Below are positions 9,301 through 18,243 of a DNA stretch of 54,081 nt, piece after piece; position 1 is the first letter of the stretch, and the number at the start of each line of letters is the position of its first letter. A program made the position numbers and the translations under genes. A model generated the notes under the pieces. It worked only from the letters and a program-made list of their open reading frames with translations. It made no database searches and was not told the origin of the DNA. Source of the stretch: a virus (taxonomy: Duplodnaviria > Caudoviricetes); IMG/VR virus record IMGVR_UViG_3300025543_000036, positions 1 to 54,081 of that record; one strand, 5' to 3'.

Positions 9301-10182
9301 TAAGTTCCGTTCAAGATTTAAAGTCGTGCTTTCTTTTAAACCAAAACTAGGTAGAAAATATCTCTCAAGGACATTTGTCATGTCATCTGCTTTTGTCTTA
9401 ATATTAGACAATGCATCTATTTTAGATGCTGTATTCATACCAGCCTTTACCGTACCGCTTACAGCTTTACCCGCACCTTTTAAAGCATAGCTTCCGATAA
9501 CACCAAATAATGGACTAGCAATACCCTCTATTGCTCCTTGTCCAAATACTTGTAGAGGATCAATATCTGTTCGCTCATCTAAATCTATTTCTAAATCTTG
9601 TTTAATATAGTTTTGTGCTGCTCCACCAACTGCGGCAGTTCCTCCTTCAACAGCCAAAACAGGAGCAAGTAGTCTAGCTTTAGCTAGTTCACTTTTTAAT
9701 CCTTCTTTAAGTGTTTGTTTTACTCCAGCTTTAGCGGCTTCCTTTGCTGCAAGTCCTGCTGCTCCACCCGCACCAAAAGTAAAACCAGAAGCTAAGATAG
9801 ATATAAGATTTGTTGGATCAGTTATCCCACCATAAACATAATCTTTTACTGCTGTTCCTACAGGCGCACTACCTTCTTCAAAAATGCTAGGTAGTTTAGC
9901 TGCACCATCTCTAGCTACTTGGTATAACTTTTTATCTATATCAGGCAGGTCTTTTATTCTTGATGCCTGACCTATAGTATCGCCTAAGTTAACTTCAAAG
10001 TATCTTTGCTGAGTTAAAAAAGAATCTATTATTTTCTTAGGGTCATACTCTATCTGTTCATCAGGGTCTAGGTTTTGCAGAGTATAGTACATTGCATCCA
10101 CAACCCGTTTATTTTCAGGATTCTGAATTTGTTGTAGCTCTTCATAAGAAACAGTATCAGTTTTTTGTTTTTCTTCTGCCAT
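6325..10182 (-). CDS. Large internal virion (ejection) protein
   Basis: 1285 aa, helical with Gly/Ala-rich hydrophobic segments, last large gene of the structural arm. Confidence 0.6.
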   Translation of the reverse strand: MAEEKQKTDTVSYEELQQIQNPENKRVVDAMYYTLQNLDPDEQIEYDPKKIIDSFLTQQRYFEVNLGDTIGQASRIKDLPDIDKKLYQVARDGAAKLPSIFEEGSAPVGTAVKDYVYGGITDPTNLISILASGFTFGAGGAAGLAAKEAAKAGVKQTLKEGLKSELAKARLLAPVLAVEGGTAAVGGAAQNYIKQDLEIDLDERTDIDPLQVFGQGAIEGIASPLFGVIGSYALKGAGKAVSGTVKAGMNTASKIDALSNIKTKADDMTNVLERYFLPSFGLKESTTLNLERNLGLPTELKGLGKNLTEKLDVAIARDFADTSKEEVNALFNKVYKEGIGSEALTAIKAKSSESAEILDTFLSDGGLRDRATQYGITSALSDKYKGIFTKNDNYVKNVPEAFASRKRSESYSSFKKQNPDIVEDLKKDMFAFPQLAYWKDEAEQIITGIGTKNKSFRSDLSEADLNKEIDKVAKKLYSPDLSKAKETGSLEAIKTEQQLPSSVKKVIGYNNRPALRIGETVNAIVDYATKANAADIVFKDTLSRGLSTVAKDVVEASQKLGGGKVMRLSGVLAKDGVTQAKLDDTVTQIPYSVKLTKEGKEQEIPILDSKFKDVWVTADEGKKLKTLFQYQRGDVLGESIGANSALLKNISGIQGSLKAGKTLYNPLAIARNAISGMGYVMSSGNLKGLMELPKYFNKLDVGSKDKLIKEFIEDGFLDSDVRMNQVMRRLGDVGGEDKYFKELLRTSGLSIADAGPFKPGKKVAEKLQRAFVAGDNVAKFLTYVSEGKSLNKIFDSFTPEQKKLQLKELSDTFGIANPKKEDYVRIYRNRNAKNLTPVYSRVPAVLEMMRRVPVIGNFTAYPTERLRNTYNLFKTAADEISMGVQTGNNALRNRGLSRFIQFQAAKAAPYTAAYVGTALYNKEDVEEVYDKLRSQLPPWAKDNAILFLGKDKKGKEQFIDLTYLEPDSHLLSLVMPTILKASRGEDVSKDLDDAVKEAAEKLYEPYISPTLFTELVEPLVSGVFKGVKGDYEGSANDLSRGARQMAKAAMPGYAKMAMDITVGDTNLANLVMADESFSELKNTMYSVPYKPLDEEMSVVDSLFKRGIIIPGLKLQTIDPVESTGFALSTVNRSIAGSKRSFAQNLKRKIREPSYKIDVKELLEDYSNILEEQFVAQKEVKKIYQDLVRSEGKDKAIKILRRSSIKQVLPSNRALQNIINSNRSLPNTLSSNNKYWKDVILDLEQDNYNNVQPYMDYLRKQMRKVEDFYFDRDLSKEPPTIEIESN

Positions 10183-10188
10183 ATTATT

Positions 10189-12159
10189 TTATGTGCCATA
10201 AGCTGCTTTTTGTTTCGACATTATCGTTGGTTGTTCTGGTGATGGGGATACTACAACTTTTCTTGGGTCACTTTTTTTTTCAGGATCACCTTCACCCGCT
10301 GGTGTTTTAAATCTCTTCAACATAAGTTTAATTAAATCTACATTTCTACCCTGCTTACCTTTTATAGCGTCTTCTGTAGCCTTTATAACAATATTTTTTT
10401 CTGAATCTTGTATCACACCAGCTCCTTTAGATACTTTAATTAACGCGTCTCTTAAAGAATTTGCAGTTGAGATAGGTATATCTAATACTTTAGCTGATTT
10501 AATATCTAGTGCTTTCTCTTCTGCCTCTACTCTTCTTATGGCTAAATCATTAGCTAATCTTTGTTGTTTTGTTGCAGCTTTAGCTTTAGAAACTTCATTA
10601 AAAGTTTGTCCAAGTTGTGTACCTAAAGGTTTAGAAGGATCAGTTTGTGAATATTTTAATAAATAATCACTAATTGTATCTAATCTTGATGGACCTTGTA
10701 ATGATTGTTCAGGGTCTATTTCTGTTGGTTTAGTAAGAAAACTAAAAAAGCCTTCTTCTTCTTCTTTATCTTTTACTTGCTTTCCTGTGCTAAGAGAAAC
10801 TAATCCACCCTGTCGAAGAGATGCTACATTCTCTTCTTTATTCATATTAGCAATAGATGCTAACCCACCAAAATCAACAACCTCTGTACCGTCAACCTCT
10901 GATACAAGTTCAGGATATTTCTCTTTAACCTCATCAGACATAGGACCAACAACTTTAGGATAAGTTTTAGGGTCATCTTTATATCTAAACGAATACATTG
11001 CTAAACCAGTAGCATCATCCATTCCTATTTTTTGAATATCTGTTTTCTCTCTAGGATCACTCATTTTAGCAAAACCACCAGCAGCCGATCCTAATGCTCC
11101 TATAAGTCCTGCAGTTTGTTGAAGATAAGTTGGTTGTGCTTGTCCTGGTCCTCTATTTGTAGTTGTACCGGCTGCGCCTAATGCACCTTGAGTAGGCTGA
11201 ATAAACTGAGAGTACTGTTGAAGTGTAGCTTCTGGAAAAGTTCTTTCTTCTAAAAACTTTCTTTGTGCTATATCTAATTCAGCTTGGCTTTGTCCTCTAC
11301 GTGCTGCACCAACTGCTTCTAAACGTGCAAGCTCATCTGCAGTTCCTCTAGGTGCAACTTGTGCAAGTTCAGTAAGACTACGAGCAGCACCTAATCTACT
11401 CTCTTGTTGCGCTTGTGCTTGTTCCACTGCTTGTTTAAATGCTTGTCCTAAACCTGCAGTTCTTATATCGGCAATACCCTGCTCTAAATTACGGCGGCGT
11501 TCTGCTTCTAGAATACCTTGCCTACTACCTCCAAATGCACCAGCCGCAACTGACTGTGCAGCTAATTCTTGTGCCTCTATGTCTCCTGCTCTCCTACGCT
11601 CACGCTCTGCTATATCAATAACTTGAGAAGCATAAGGATTCATAAACCTTGAAATATCTGCATCAGTAGTTCCTAGACCAGCTAGTCCTGCAAACTGTGC
11701 AGCGGGTGTAGCAAAAGCTTGAGTTTGTCCTACTACATCAGAAGTAAGATCAAATGCTCTTTCTTGTTCTGTGGTGAAGTCAGCTATCTCTTGACCCGTA
11801 AAAGGAACATAACCTTCTCCTTTACGAGTTTTATAAATGTCCTGTGCTTCAGAAAGAACTTCTTTAACATAAGGTTTTAACTCTTCGGGTATTTCTTTTG
11901 TTTGTACTGATGTTGTTTGAACAGGAGGAGGTGGGGGAGGAGAACCAAAGAACTGGATACACTTAGTATTTTCGTTTATCGTTCCTACGCCACCCATAGA
12001 ACGAAGAACATCCATCTCATGTTTGTTAACGTGAGCAAGTTCAGTATCTCCACATACGCCTTTACCAGATAAATCCTCATACAAGAAGTTGTATAAGAAT
12101 ACTTTCTCCTCATTAGAGAAGTCAGACAAGACTTTGTTAAATTTATTTTTCATGCTCAT
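10189..12159 (-). CDS. Internal virion/DNA pilot-like protein with internal peptidase S74-like domain
   Basis: GDTELAHVN N-terminal domain, poly-Pro, Gln/Ala coiled coil (AGAFGGSRQG), SDPREKTDI...YSFRYK...GPMSDEV. Confidence 0.6.
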   Translation of the reverse strand: MSMKNKFNKVLSDFSNEEKVFLYNFLYEDLSGKGVCGDTELAHVNKHEMDVLRSMGGVGTINENTKCIQFFGSPPPPPPVQTTSVQTKEIPEELKPYVKEVLSEAQDIYKTRKGEGYVPFTGQEIADFTTEQERAFDLTSDVVGQTQAFATPAAQFAGLAGLGTTDADISRFMNPYASQVIDIAERERRRAGDIEAQELAAQSVAAGAFGGSRQGILEAERRRNLEQGIADIRTAGLGQAFKQAVEQAQAQQESRLGAARSLTELAQVAPRGTADELARLEAVGAARRGQSQAELDIAQRKFLEERTFPEATLQQYSQFIQPTQGALGAAGTTTNRGPGQAQPTYLQQTAGLIGALGSAAGGFAKMSDPREKTDIQKIGMDDATGLAMYSFRYKDDPKTYPKVVGPMSDEVKEKYPELVSEVDGTEVVDFGGLASIANMNKEENVASLRQGGLVSLSTGKQVKDKEEEEGFFSFLTKPTEIDPEQSLQGPSRLDTISDYLLKYSQTDPSKPLGTQLGQTFNEVSKAKAATKQQRLANDLAIRRVEAEEKALDIKSAKVLDIPISTANSLRDALIKVSKGAGVIQDSEKNIVIKATEDAIKGKQGRNVDLIKLMLKRFKTPAGEGDPEKKSDPRKVVVSPSPEQPTIMSKQKAAYGT

Positions 12160-12161
12160 TG

Positions 12162-12590
12162 TTACAGTTCCTTAGTTAATACGGTGGCGTATTTTTTATA
12201 ATTAAATTTCTCTAACTTTCTTTTCCAACCATCTCTTGCAATTATTTTAATATGCTTTACATTATTTTGTTTTGCATATTTAACAATGTCAGAGTTATCA
12301 GACACACAATAGTCTAACCATTTGCTTATCGTACCTGTCTTCGCACCTACTAAACAGATAGTAAGAACATTATAATTAGGATATTTATCAAGTTGGGTTG
12401 TTGCAGCGACAACAATTCCATTCTCTTCATTAAGACCAACCCACAACTCCATTACTTCTGTTACTAATAAATTATAAATATCTTCTAAGTTGTACTCTCC
12501 GTGACTTCTTTCTAATGGTTTAGCTAGTAAATCTTTTACATGCGGCCATGTAACTTCTATACAGTTTGACCTTATCTTTGTAACTTCCAT
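12162..12590 (-). CDS. Conserved virion-module protein (possible GNAT-like fold)
   Basis: 142 aa, ELWVG, ARDGWKRKL; position among internal virion genes. Confidence 0.45.
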   Translation of the reverse strand: MEVTKIRSNCIEVTWPHVKDLLAKPLERSHGEYNLEDIYNLLVTEVMELWVGLNEENGIVVAATTQLDKYPNYNVLTICLVGAKTGTISKWLDYCVSDNSDIVKYAKQNNVKHIKIIARDGWKRKLEKFNYKKYATVLTKEL

Positions 12591-13913
12591 TTAAGCTATC
12601 GAACTTAGTCCTTTCTCTGCATCAATTTCTTTTTGTTGCTCTTCTCTTCCAAATGCTTCTTTGCGAACATCTGTTAGAAAATCATCTAACTCATCTGCAC
12701 CAGCATCAGAAGAACCATTACCAAGCATAGACACTACATCAGCAGGTATAACATATTCATCTTTACTAAGAAGAGCAAAGTCAGGATTACCACCCTCTAC
12801 TCGGAAAGGTATTTCATCTGACATGCCATCACCCTTTCCTTCTACTTGACCCTCAAAGTATTCTCCTACATCCCCGCCTTCTTGGAATCCTAAAAATTCT
12901 TTAACTTTAACACCATAAGATTTAATAGTATCTAGAATATCTCCATCAGAGTAATCTTTTAATTCTTCTGAGACTGCTTCCATTCTAGGTCTAATTCCTG
13001 CTCTATTTCTTTCTACTGCATTTCTATATTCGTCGTGATCTAAAAATTCTTTAGAGGCTTCCTTAAATTTTTCTTGATTAATTAATCTTATAGTTTCAGG
13101 ACTTCCACCTAAACTTCCTCTAAAAAATTCTCCTAATAAAGCTACCTGTAAATCTTCTGGAAAAGAATCGAATTTTGGAATCCTTCTTCTAATTTGAGGC
13201 AGTCTGTCTTTAATATCTTTTCTTAATAAAGTATCTGCTTCTTCTTCTGTTATTGTCTGTCCTGATTTTACATTAGCACTTGCGTGACCATGACCTATGG
13301 TTAATCTATCACCTTTTGTAGGAATTTTTGCTGTTAGTAACAAACCTTCTTCATCTTTTAAAAAGTCTACAAATGGTTCTATGTTTTCATTTTCTATCCT
13401 GCCGCCTTCTTGCATAGGCACCATACTAGCTAATCCCTCTTGAGGAGCTACTTCACTTACTTGGATTTCTTCTTGCGCCTGAACCGGCATATCCATTGGC
13501 ATATCCATTGTTGGCATAACTGTTCTAGTTCTATCGGGAAGTGATCCTGCCATACTTTTAACATCATCTAGATTTTCCTTTTTAGATTCTGCTTCTACAC
13601 GTTTGTCTATCATGTTAGCTGCTTCACTACCCGCACCAAAAGCAGCCAGTGCTGCAGCAAATGGTCCTGTCTTCTGTGGGTTAGCCATAGCATACTGACC
13701 AGCTATATTAGTTACTTGACCAACAGCATCAGCAGGACTAAAGCCTACTGGCATACCTGTACCCATATCTACTTCTTGTTGACCTAAACTTTGTAAACCA
13801 GCTTGAGGAGAAGGCATCTGCATTCGTTGTACTTCAGCAGGAGGACGTTGAGCAGCCTCACGTAAAACTTCTATTTCTGCCAGCTTATCTAACCCGTCAA
13901 TCATTATAAGCAT
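12591..13913 (-). CDS. Virion protein with GH24 lysozyme domain and C-terminal GxGDGMSD domain
   Basis: KDEEG...GDRLTIGHGH lysozyme motif; GKGDGMSDEIP...LLSKDEYVIPADVV. Confidence 0.7.
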   Translation of the reverse strand: MLIMIDGLDKLAEIEVLREAAQRPPAEVQRMQMPSPQAGLQSLGQQEVDMGTGMPVGFSPADAVGQVTNIAGQYAMANPQKTGPFAAALAAFGAGSEAANMIDKRVEAESKKENLDDVKSMAGSLPDRTRTVMPTMDMPMDMPVQAQEEIQVSEVAPQEGLASMVPMQEGGRIENENIEPFVDFLKDEEGLLLTAKIPTKGDRLTIGHGHASANVKSGQTITEEEADTLLRKDIKDRLPQIRRRIPKFDSFPEDLQVALLGEFFRGSLGGSPETIRLINQEKFKEASKEFLDHDEYRNAVERNRAGIRPRMEAVSEELKDYSDGDILDTIKSYGVKVKEFLGFQEGGDVGEYFEGQVEGKGDGMSDEIPFRVEGGNPDFALLSKDEYVIPADVVSMLGNGSSDAGADELDDFLTDVRKEAFGREEQQKEIDAEKGLSSIA

Positions 13914-14119
13914 CTCCTAATATCCATGTAGTTAGACTGCGCCTTAGTCATATCTGCATGTAATGTATTTTCTTTATTATACAGCGAACCTTTTGAATAT
14001 GCCATACCTTCAGCCTTGGTTGCTCCAAAAAAATCAGGCGGTTGTACTATACCTTTATTTACATTCTCAATAAATGTATTCTGATTTATTATTTCTAAAA
14101 CTTTTTTATAATCGTGCAT
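13904..14119 (-). CDS. Hypothetical protein
   Basis: 71 aa, translationally coupled to neighbours. Confidence 0.55.
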   Translation of the reverse strand: MHDYKKVLEIINQNTFIENVNKGIVQPPDFFGATKAEGMAYSKGSLYNKENTLHADMTKAQSNYMDIRRCL

Positions 14120-14385
14120 TAGTTAAAGTCCACCCAACTATTACCTATATAACCTCTAAACTTACTTGCGCTTACACAGAAAGCAATATTTCCACTAGCA
14201 GGTCTACCTATTTCTGTTACCGTAGTAACACTAAATATCTTAGTAGCTGGTGTAGAGTCTACTTCTACATCCCTTGATTCTAAAAGAAACTTTAGTTCAC
14301 CAGCATAAGATATAAGAGTATTGTATACTTCAGTTAAATCTTCTGTTGATTGATACTTAGGTAGTTCTGGGTAAAGGAAAGCCAT
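14119..14385 (-). CDS. Hypothetical tail-associated protein
   Basis: 88 aa, coupled; KFRGYIGNSWVDF C-terminus. Confidence 0.55.
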   Translation of the reverse strand: MAFLYPELPKYQSTEDLTEVYNTLISYAGELKFLLESRDVEVDSTPATKIFSVTTVTEIGRPASGNIAFCVSASKFRGYIGNSWVDFN

Positions 14386-16253
14386 TACCGTTTACCATCT
14401 CGTTGAATAGCCATACGAACACTACCCCATCTCCATGAAGTATTAAAACTATTACAAGAAACTCTTACGTTTGCTTGTCTACCCCTACCTCTGAAGTCTA
14501 CTTTCTTTGTTCCTGAATTAATTTCAAACGGTCCTTTCTCAACCTCACTAGCAGCAGGAAACTCTCTAAAGTTAACAGACATATTTAGATCACCTTGATT
14601 TATAGTGTAGTCAGGAATAATTCTGTCTGCAAAAATTAAATCATTACCGTCTTCTATATCAAAGTCTGCTGACTGTAAGAAGGAAGACAAAGCTACTCCA
14701 TCCCCTGTAAATACTGATACAGGTTCGTTATCCCAGATATGAGGTGTTGCTCCTGCAGATACTTTTCCTGTTGCTATGGTGTTAGTAAATACTGTAGCAT
14801 CTTTAAAGGTTGTGTAGAAACTAGTTCCAAATGCCCAGGTATTTTCTTCATAGTTATATAAAACATAAGCATCAGGTTCTAATGAATTTTCTGTAGGATA
14901 AAACCATACAATTTCGTGAAACTCTGAGTTTACTGCAGCATATACTTTATCTCCTTGTGTTGAGTTAAAGTCATCATATACATATCTACGAACCGTACAG
15001 TCTAGTTTATCTACTCTGCCATCAAATCTATAGAAGTTATTATCCCCCATCCAATAAGAAATACCATCTACGTTGATAGCTCCATGTTGACCTATTAACC
15101 CACAATTAGTTCCTAGTTGTGATAAGGAAAATATAAATGGTGGACCGACATACTGTAAAGAATATAAAGCTTGGTCAGACCAAACATGAATTGTATTACG
15201 CGATCTAATGCCACCTTTAAGAGTTGTTCCATCTACTACTTGTAACTCACCTGATGTAGAAGAAACTGATGGTGTCCAGTTAGTAAAGTCTTCTTGGTCT
15301 GACCATCTAATTAACAAAGGATTAAATGCACTACCAGAAAACTCATTTGTTCCGAAAGCAATAACATGCCTATCATTAGGAGACACGACAATACTGTTAA
15401 TACTAACAGGAGCAGTAGTTACAATAGCTGCTCTAACTGGTACAAGGCTTGCATTAGCATCCCAGTGTAGTAAATTACCGCCTCTACGAACAGCTAATAA
15501 ATCTTCTCCAAAGTTATCTAGTGACCATTGACTAGCAGCAAAAGTTATTCCTGAAGCTGTAGCAGGTTTATTCCATGCTCTTCCTCCTGTTGTAGATACA
15601 CCAGCATTATATACTCCTGCACCATAACCTAAACCTTGAATGTTATCATTCTGTCCTGTTCTTAAAAGAAAGTTAACTATTCCTGTACCAGCACTTGTAC
15701 TTGTAGCTGTTGCTACACTTGTAGTGCTAATAAGAAAACGATTTGTGCCACTAGTGCTGACTGCTCTAAATACAGGTCCACCAAAACTACTTGCAGCAAA
15801 ATTAGTACTAGCAAAGTTTCTTATAGATGCATTGGTAAAGAAAATAAAATCATTTACTGAAACACCATTAGAATTAAGACTAACTGCAATTTTATTAGAA
15901 CCTGAAATAGTTCCTAACTTACCTATTGTTCCGTCTGTTCCTACAGTTACTGTACTTACAATGGGAGTTATGTCATGTAAAACATCACTAGCAAGAAGAT
16001 ATAATTTTTGTTCTGTACCAAAAGACAAAAGTTTTTCTGTGTTATTATTTTGCCAAGTAAGCAAGTCTCTCCCTGTACCATCAAAGGTAGTAGACAAATG
16101 TTTCTGGTAACCACGTAAGTTTTCTGGTTTACCTGCTCTAAAACGTACACGATCACAATCATACCAAGAACCACCCTCAGAGTATTCTGTAGACTCTCTG
16201 TGTATTCCAGGTCTAAGATTAAATTTAAATAAGTTTGCTGATGTACTTGCCAT
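14385..16253 (-). CDS. Tail tubular/nozzle (stabilisation) protein
   Basis: 622 aa beta-rich; WYDCDRVRFR, IRWSDQED, YWMG, RGRQ; podoviral tail position. Confidence 0.7.
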   Translation of the reverse strand: MASTSANLFKFNLRPGIHRESTEYSEGGSWYDCDRVRFRAGKPENLRGYQKHLSTTFDGTGRDLLTWQNNNTEKLLSFGTEQKLYLLASDVLHDITPIVSTVTVGTDGTIGKLGTISGSNKIAVSLNSNGVSVNDFIFFTNASIRNFASTNFAASSFGGPVFRAVSTSGTNRFLISTTSVATATSTSAGTGIVNFLLRTGQNDNIQGLGYGAGVYNAGVSTTGGRAWNKPATASGITFAASQWSLDNFGEDLLAVRRGGNLLHWDANASLVPVRAAIVTTAPVSINSIVVSPNDRHVIAFGTNEFSGSAFNPLLIRWSDQEDFTNWTPSVSSTSGELQVVDGTTLKGGIRSRNTIHVWSDQALYSLQYVGPPFIFSLSQLGTNCGLIGQHGAINVDGISYWMGDNNFYRFDGRVDKLDCTVRRYVYDDFNSTQGDKVYAAVNSEFHEIVWFYPTENSLEPDAYVLYNYEENTWAFGTSFYTTFKDATVFTNTIATGKVSAGATPHIWDNEPVSVFTGDGVALSSFLQSADFDIEDGNDLIFADRIIPDYTINQGDLNMSVNFREFPAASEVEKGPFEINSGTKKVDFRGRGRQANVRVSCNSFNTSWRWGSVRMAIQRDGKR

Positions 16254-16257
16254 TTTA

Positions 16258-17478
16258 TTATGGGGTATACTCTGTTATTTTAACTGATGACATTGGTATT
16301 GTAAGACCATAAACAGGTGTAGAGCTTCCACCTTGATTTCCGTTAACAAAACATGAAGCATTATTAGAACTGCCTATATGCACTCTGAAGCTTTTTTGAG
16401 ATGTAGTTCCTGCTGTTACTTTAGCTTGTGCTATTAATCGAGAAAGTGATCCAGAACCAGCCTCAAAAGCAAGATTACCACCTATTGCAGATGATAAAGA
16501 TGCATCAAATATAAGTATTCCCCTATTAATATTATCAGCAGCAACTTCAGCTACAAGATTTGCTTCAATAAGTAAAATATTACTTGCAGATTGAGGTGTA
16601 ATAGTAATATCTAAAGCACTGACTCTATTACCTTCTGATATTTGAGGAACTGTACCATCTTCAGGAATAGCACCATTTGCACCTACAGAAGTAACCGAAG
16701 AAAAGTTAACTGCTGTAACTTGAGCTACTAAACCACTTGCCCATACAGGATTAGCACTTGAACCTTTAGTTTGTAAGAACTGACCGCTTGTACCTGCAGG
16801 AAGTCTTGCAATACTGCTTCCAGAATAATAATAAACATCTCCTTGAGCATCACTTCCAAAACTAAGTTGATTACCTAAACCATCAAATGCAGAAGCAGAT
16901 ACTGTACCTGAAAATCTACCTGATACAGCCGATACTGATGTAGCATGTATTGCTGTAGCTGATACTTGTGTAGCTGTCATAATGCTAGTAGATATTTTAG
17001 TAGCATTAAGAACACTAGTAGATACTGATGTAGCAGTAAGACTATTAGCGGTAAAAGAACTTACTGATGTTGGAAACGCAGTTTGAAATACATTAGTGCC
17101 ATCAGTAGCCACCATAACATTAGAACCTTGTTCTATTGTAATAGCTGTATTACCTGCAGTTTTAACTTTAAGAGCGTGTGATCCAGATGTATTGTTTCTT
17201 ACATAATACATCTTATTAACAGAAGGAATAATAATAGAAGTTTCTGCAGTAAGTGTACCATCAAAAGACAAGATAGCTTTACGTGATTGATCTGTAGCAC
17301 CATTAACTTGAGTTAGTGTTAAAGGTGTTGTCCCACTAACAGAAACTATTTGATATGCTGCAACAGCCTGATCAACTAGATCAATAACATTCGAGTTGAG
17401 TATTGTTCCCCAAGAGTTGGGATTTTCTCCATCTCCTTGTTTCTCTAGTCTAATGTTTGTTGTAAATGTACTCGCCAT
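16258..17478 (-). CDS. Tail fibre-like protein, Ser/Thr-rich
   Basis: N-terminal GENPNSWG attachment-like domain; GDVYY...ARLPAGTSGQFL fibre repeat. Confidence 0.65.
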   Translation of the reverse strand: MASTFTTNIRLEKQGDGENPNSWGTILNSNVIDLVDQAVAAYQIVSVSGTTPLTLTQVNGATDQSRKAILSFDGTLTAETSIIIPSVNKMYYVRNNTSGSHALKVKTAGNTAITIEQGSNVMVATDGTNVFQTAFPTSVSSFTANSLTATSVSTSVLNATKISTSIMTATQVSATAIHATSVSAVSGRFSGTVSASAFDGLGNQLSFGSDAQGDVYYYSGSSIARLPAGTSGQFLQTKGSSANPVWASGLVAQVTAVNFSSVTSVGANGAIPEDGTVPQISEGNRVSALDITITPQSASNILLIEANLVAEVAADNINRGILIFDASLSSAIGGNLAFEAGSGSLSRLIAQAKVTAGTTSQKSFRVHIGSSNNASCFVNGNQGGSSTPVYGLTIPMSSVKITEYTP

Positions 17479-17479
17479 T

Positions 17480-17860
17480 TTAAACTCCTAAGTGTGCTGC
17501 AGTCATAAACAAGATATATCCTGTCTCTTCTAAACTTGTTTTAATTTTATAAACTATTGCTTCTTTTCCATAAGTAAATTTAAATGTATGTATATCTTCA
17601 ATAACTAATCCTATTAATTCTTCAGAATGTTGAAAACATCTTTCTGATTTAGATAAACTAAAAAACATAAGGTCTGCTTTTTCTCTTGATACTTCTAATG
17701 CTTGACCAACTCTTAATATTGCATCCTCATCTATACAATAACTTCTATACATTAAAAAATCTTCAGGTATAGGATTTTGTAAATGTCCTGCTTTTACAGG
17801 AGGAGACAAAAGGAAAACCTGTAAATAAAATATTGTAAAAACTATAATGTATTTTAACAT
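17480..17860 (-). CDS. Hypothetical exported protein
   Basis: 126 aa with signal-peptide-like N-terminus ending VKA. Confidence 0.5.
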   Translation of the reverse strand: MLKYIIVFTIFYLQVFLLSPPVKAGHLQNPIPEDFLMYRSYCIDEDAILRVGQALEVSREKADLMFFSLSKSERCFQHSEELIGLVIEDIHTFKFTYGKEAIVYKIKTSLEETGYILFMTAAHLGV

Positions 17861-17894
17861 TAATTTAAAAACCTTAAAAGATAACTATTAAATT

Positions 17895-18233
17895 TTAATC
17901 TTCCCGTTCAGCCCATGATGTAGAAGATTCATCCCAATAATATTTTCTGTCTCCTGCAACACCAGGATATTCTACAGGTGCTTGCCATATACATTTATCA
18001 TCTAAGACCCAACTTGGATACGGTTGTGGTCCGTAAAAAGCATCTTTTACAGGATCGTAAGTAAAACCAATACCAGCAAAATTATATCTTATATTATTAT
18101 TATAACTTGTTTGTTTCCACGTACCACCCCAAAAATCTTTACACCAATTCTCACCATCAGCTTCATATTCGTCATTTACTACGCATACTCTTAATACAAT
18201 ATTATTTTCATCTAATTCCGCAAAATGTGCCAT
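17895..18233 (-). CDS. Tail-fibre-associated protein
   Basis: MAHFAELDENNIV, WKQTSYN, PQPYPSW; follows the glycine-rich gene. Confidence 0.6.
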   Translation of the reverse strand: MAHFAELDENNIVLRVCVVNDEYEADGENWCKDFWGGTWKQTSYNNNIRYNFAGIGFTYDPVKDAFYGPQPYPSWVLDDKCIWQAPVEYPGVAGDRKYYWDESSTSWAERED

Positions 18234-18243
18234 CTTATTATTC

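Noticed and set aside
15208-16174. Alternative ORFs within the tail nozzle gene (and similar ones inside other long genes)
   Set aside because: Fully nested in well-supported CDSs, no SD or recognisable motifs
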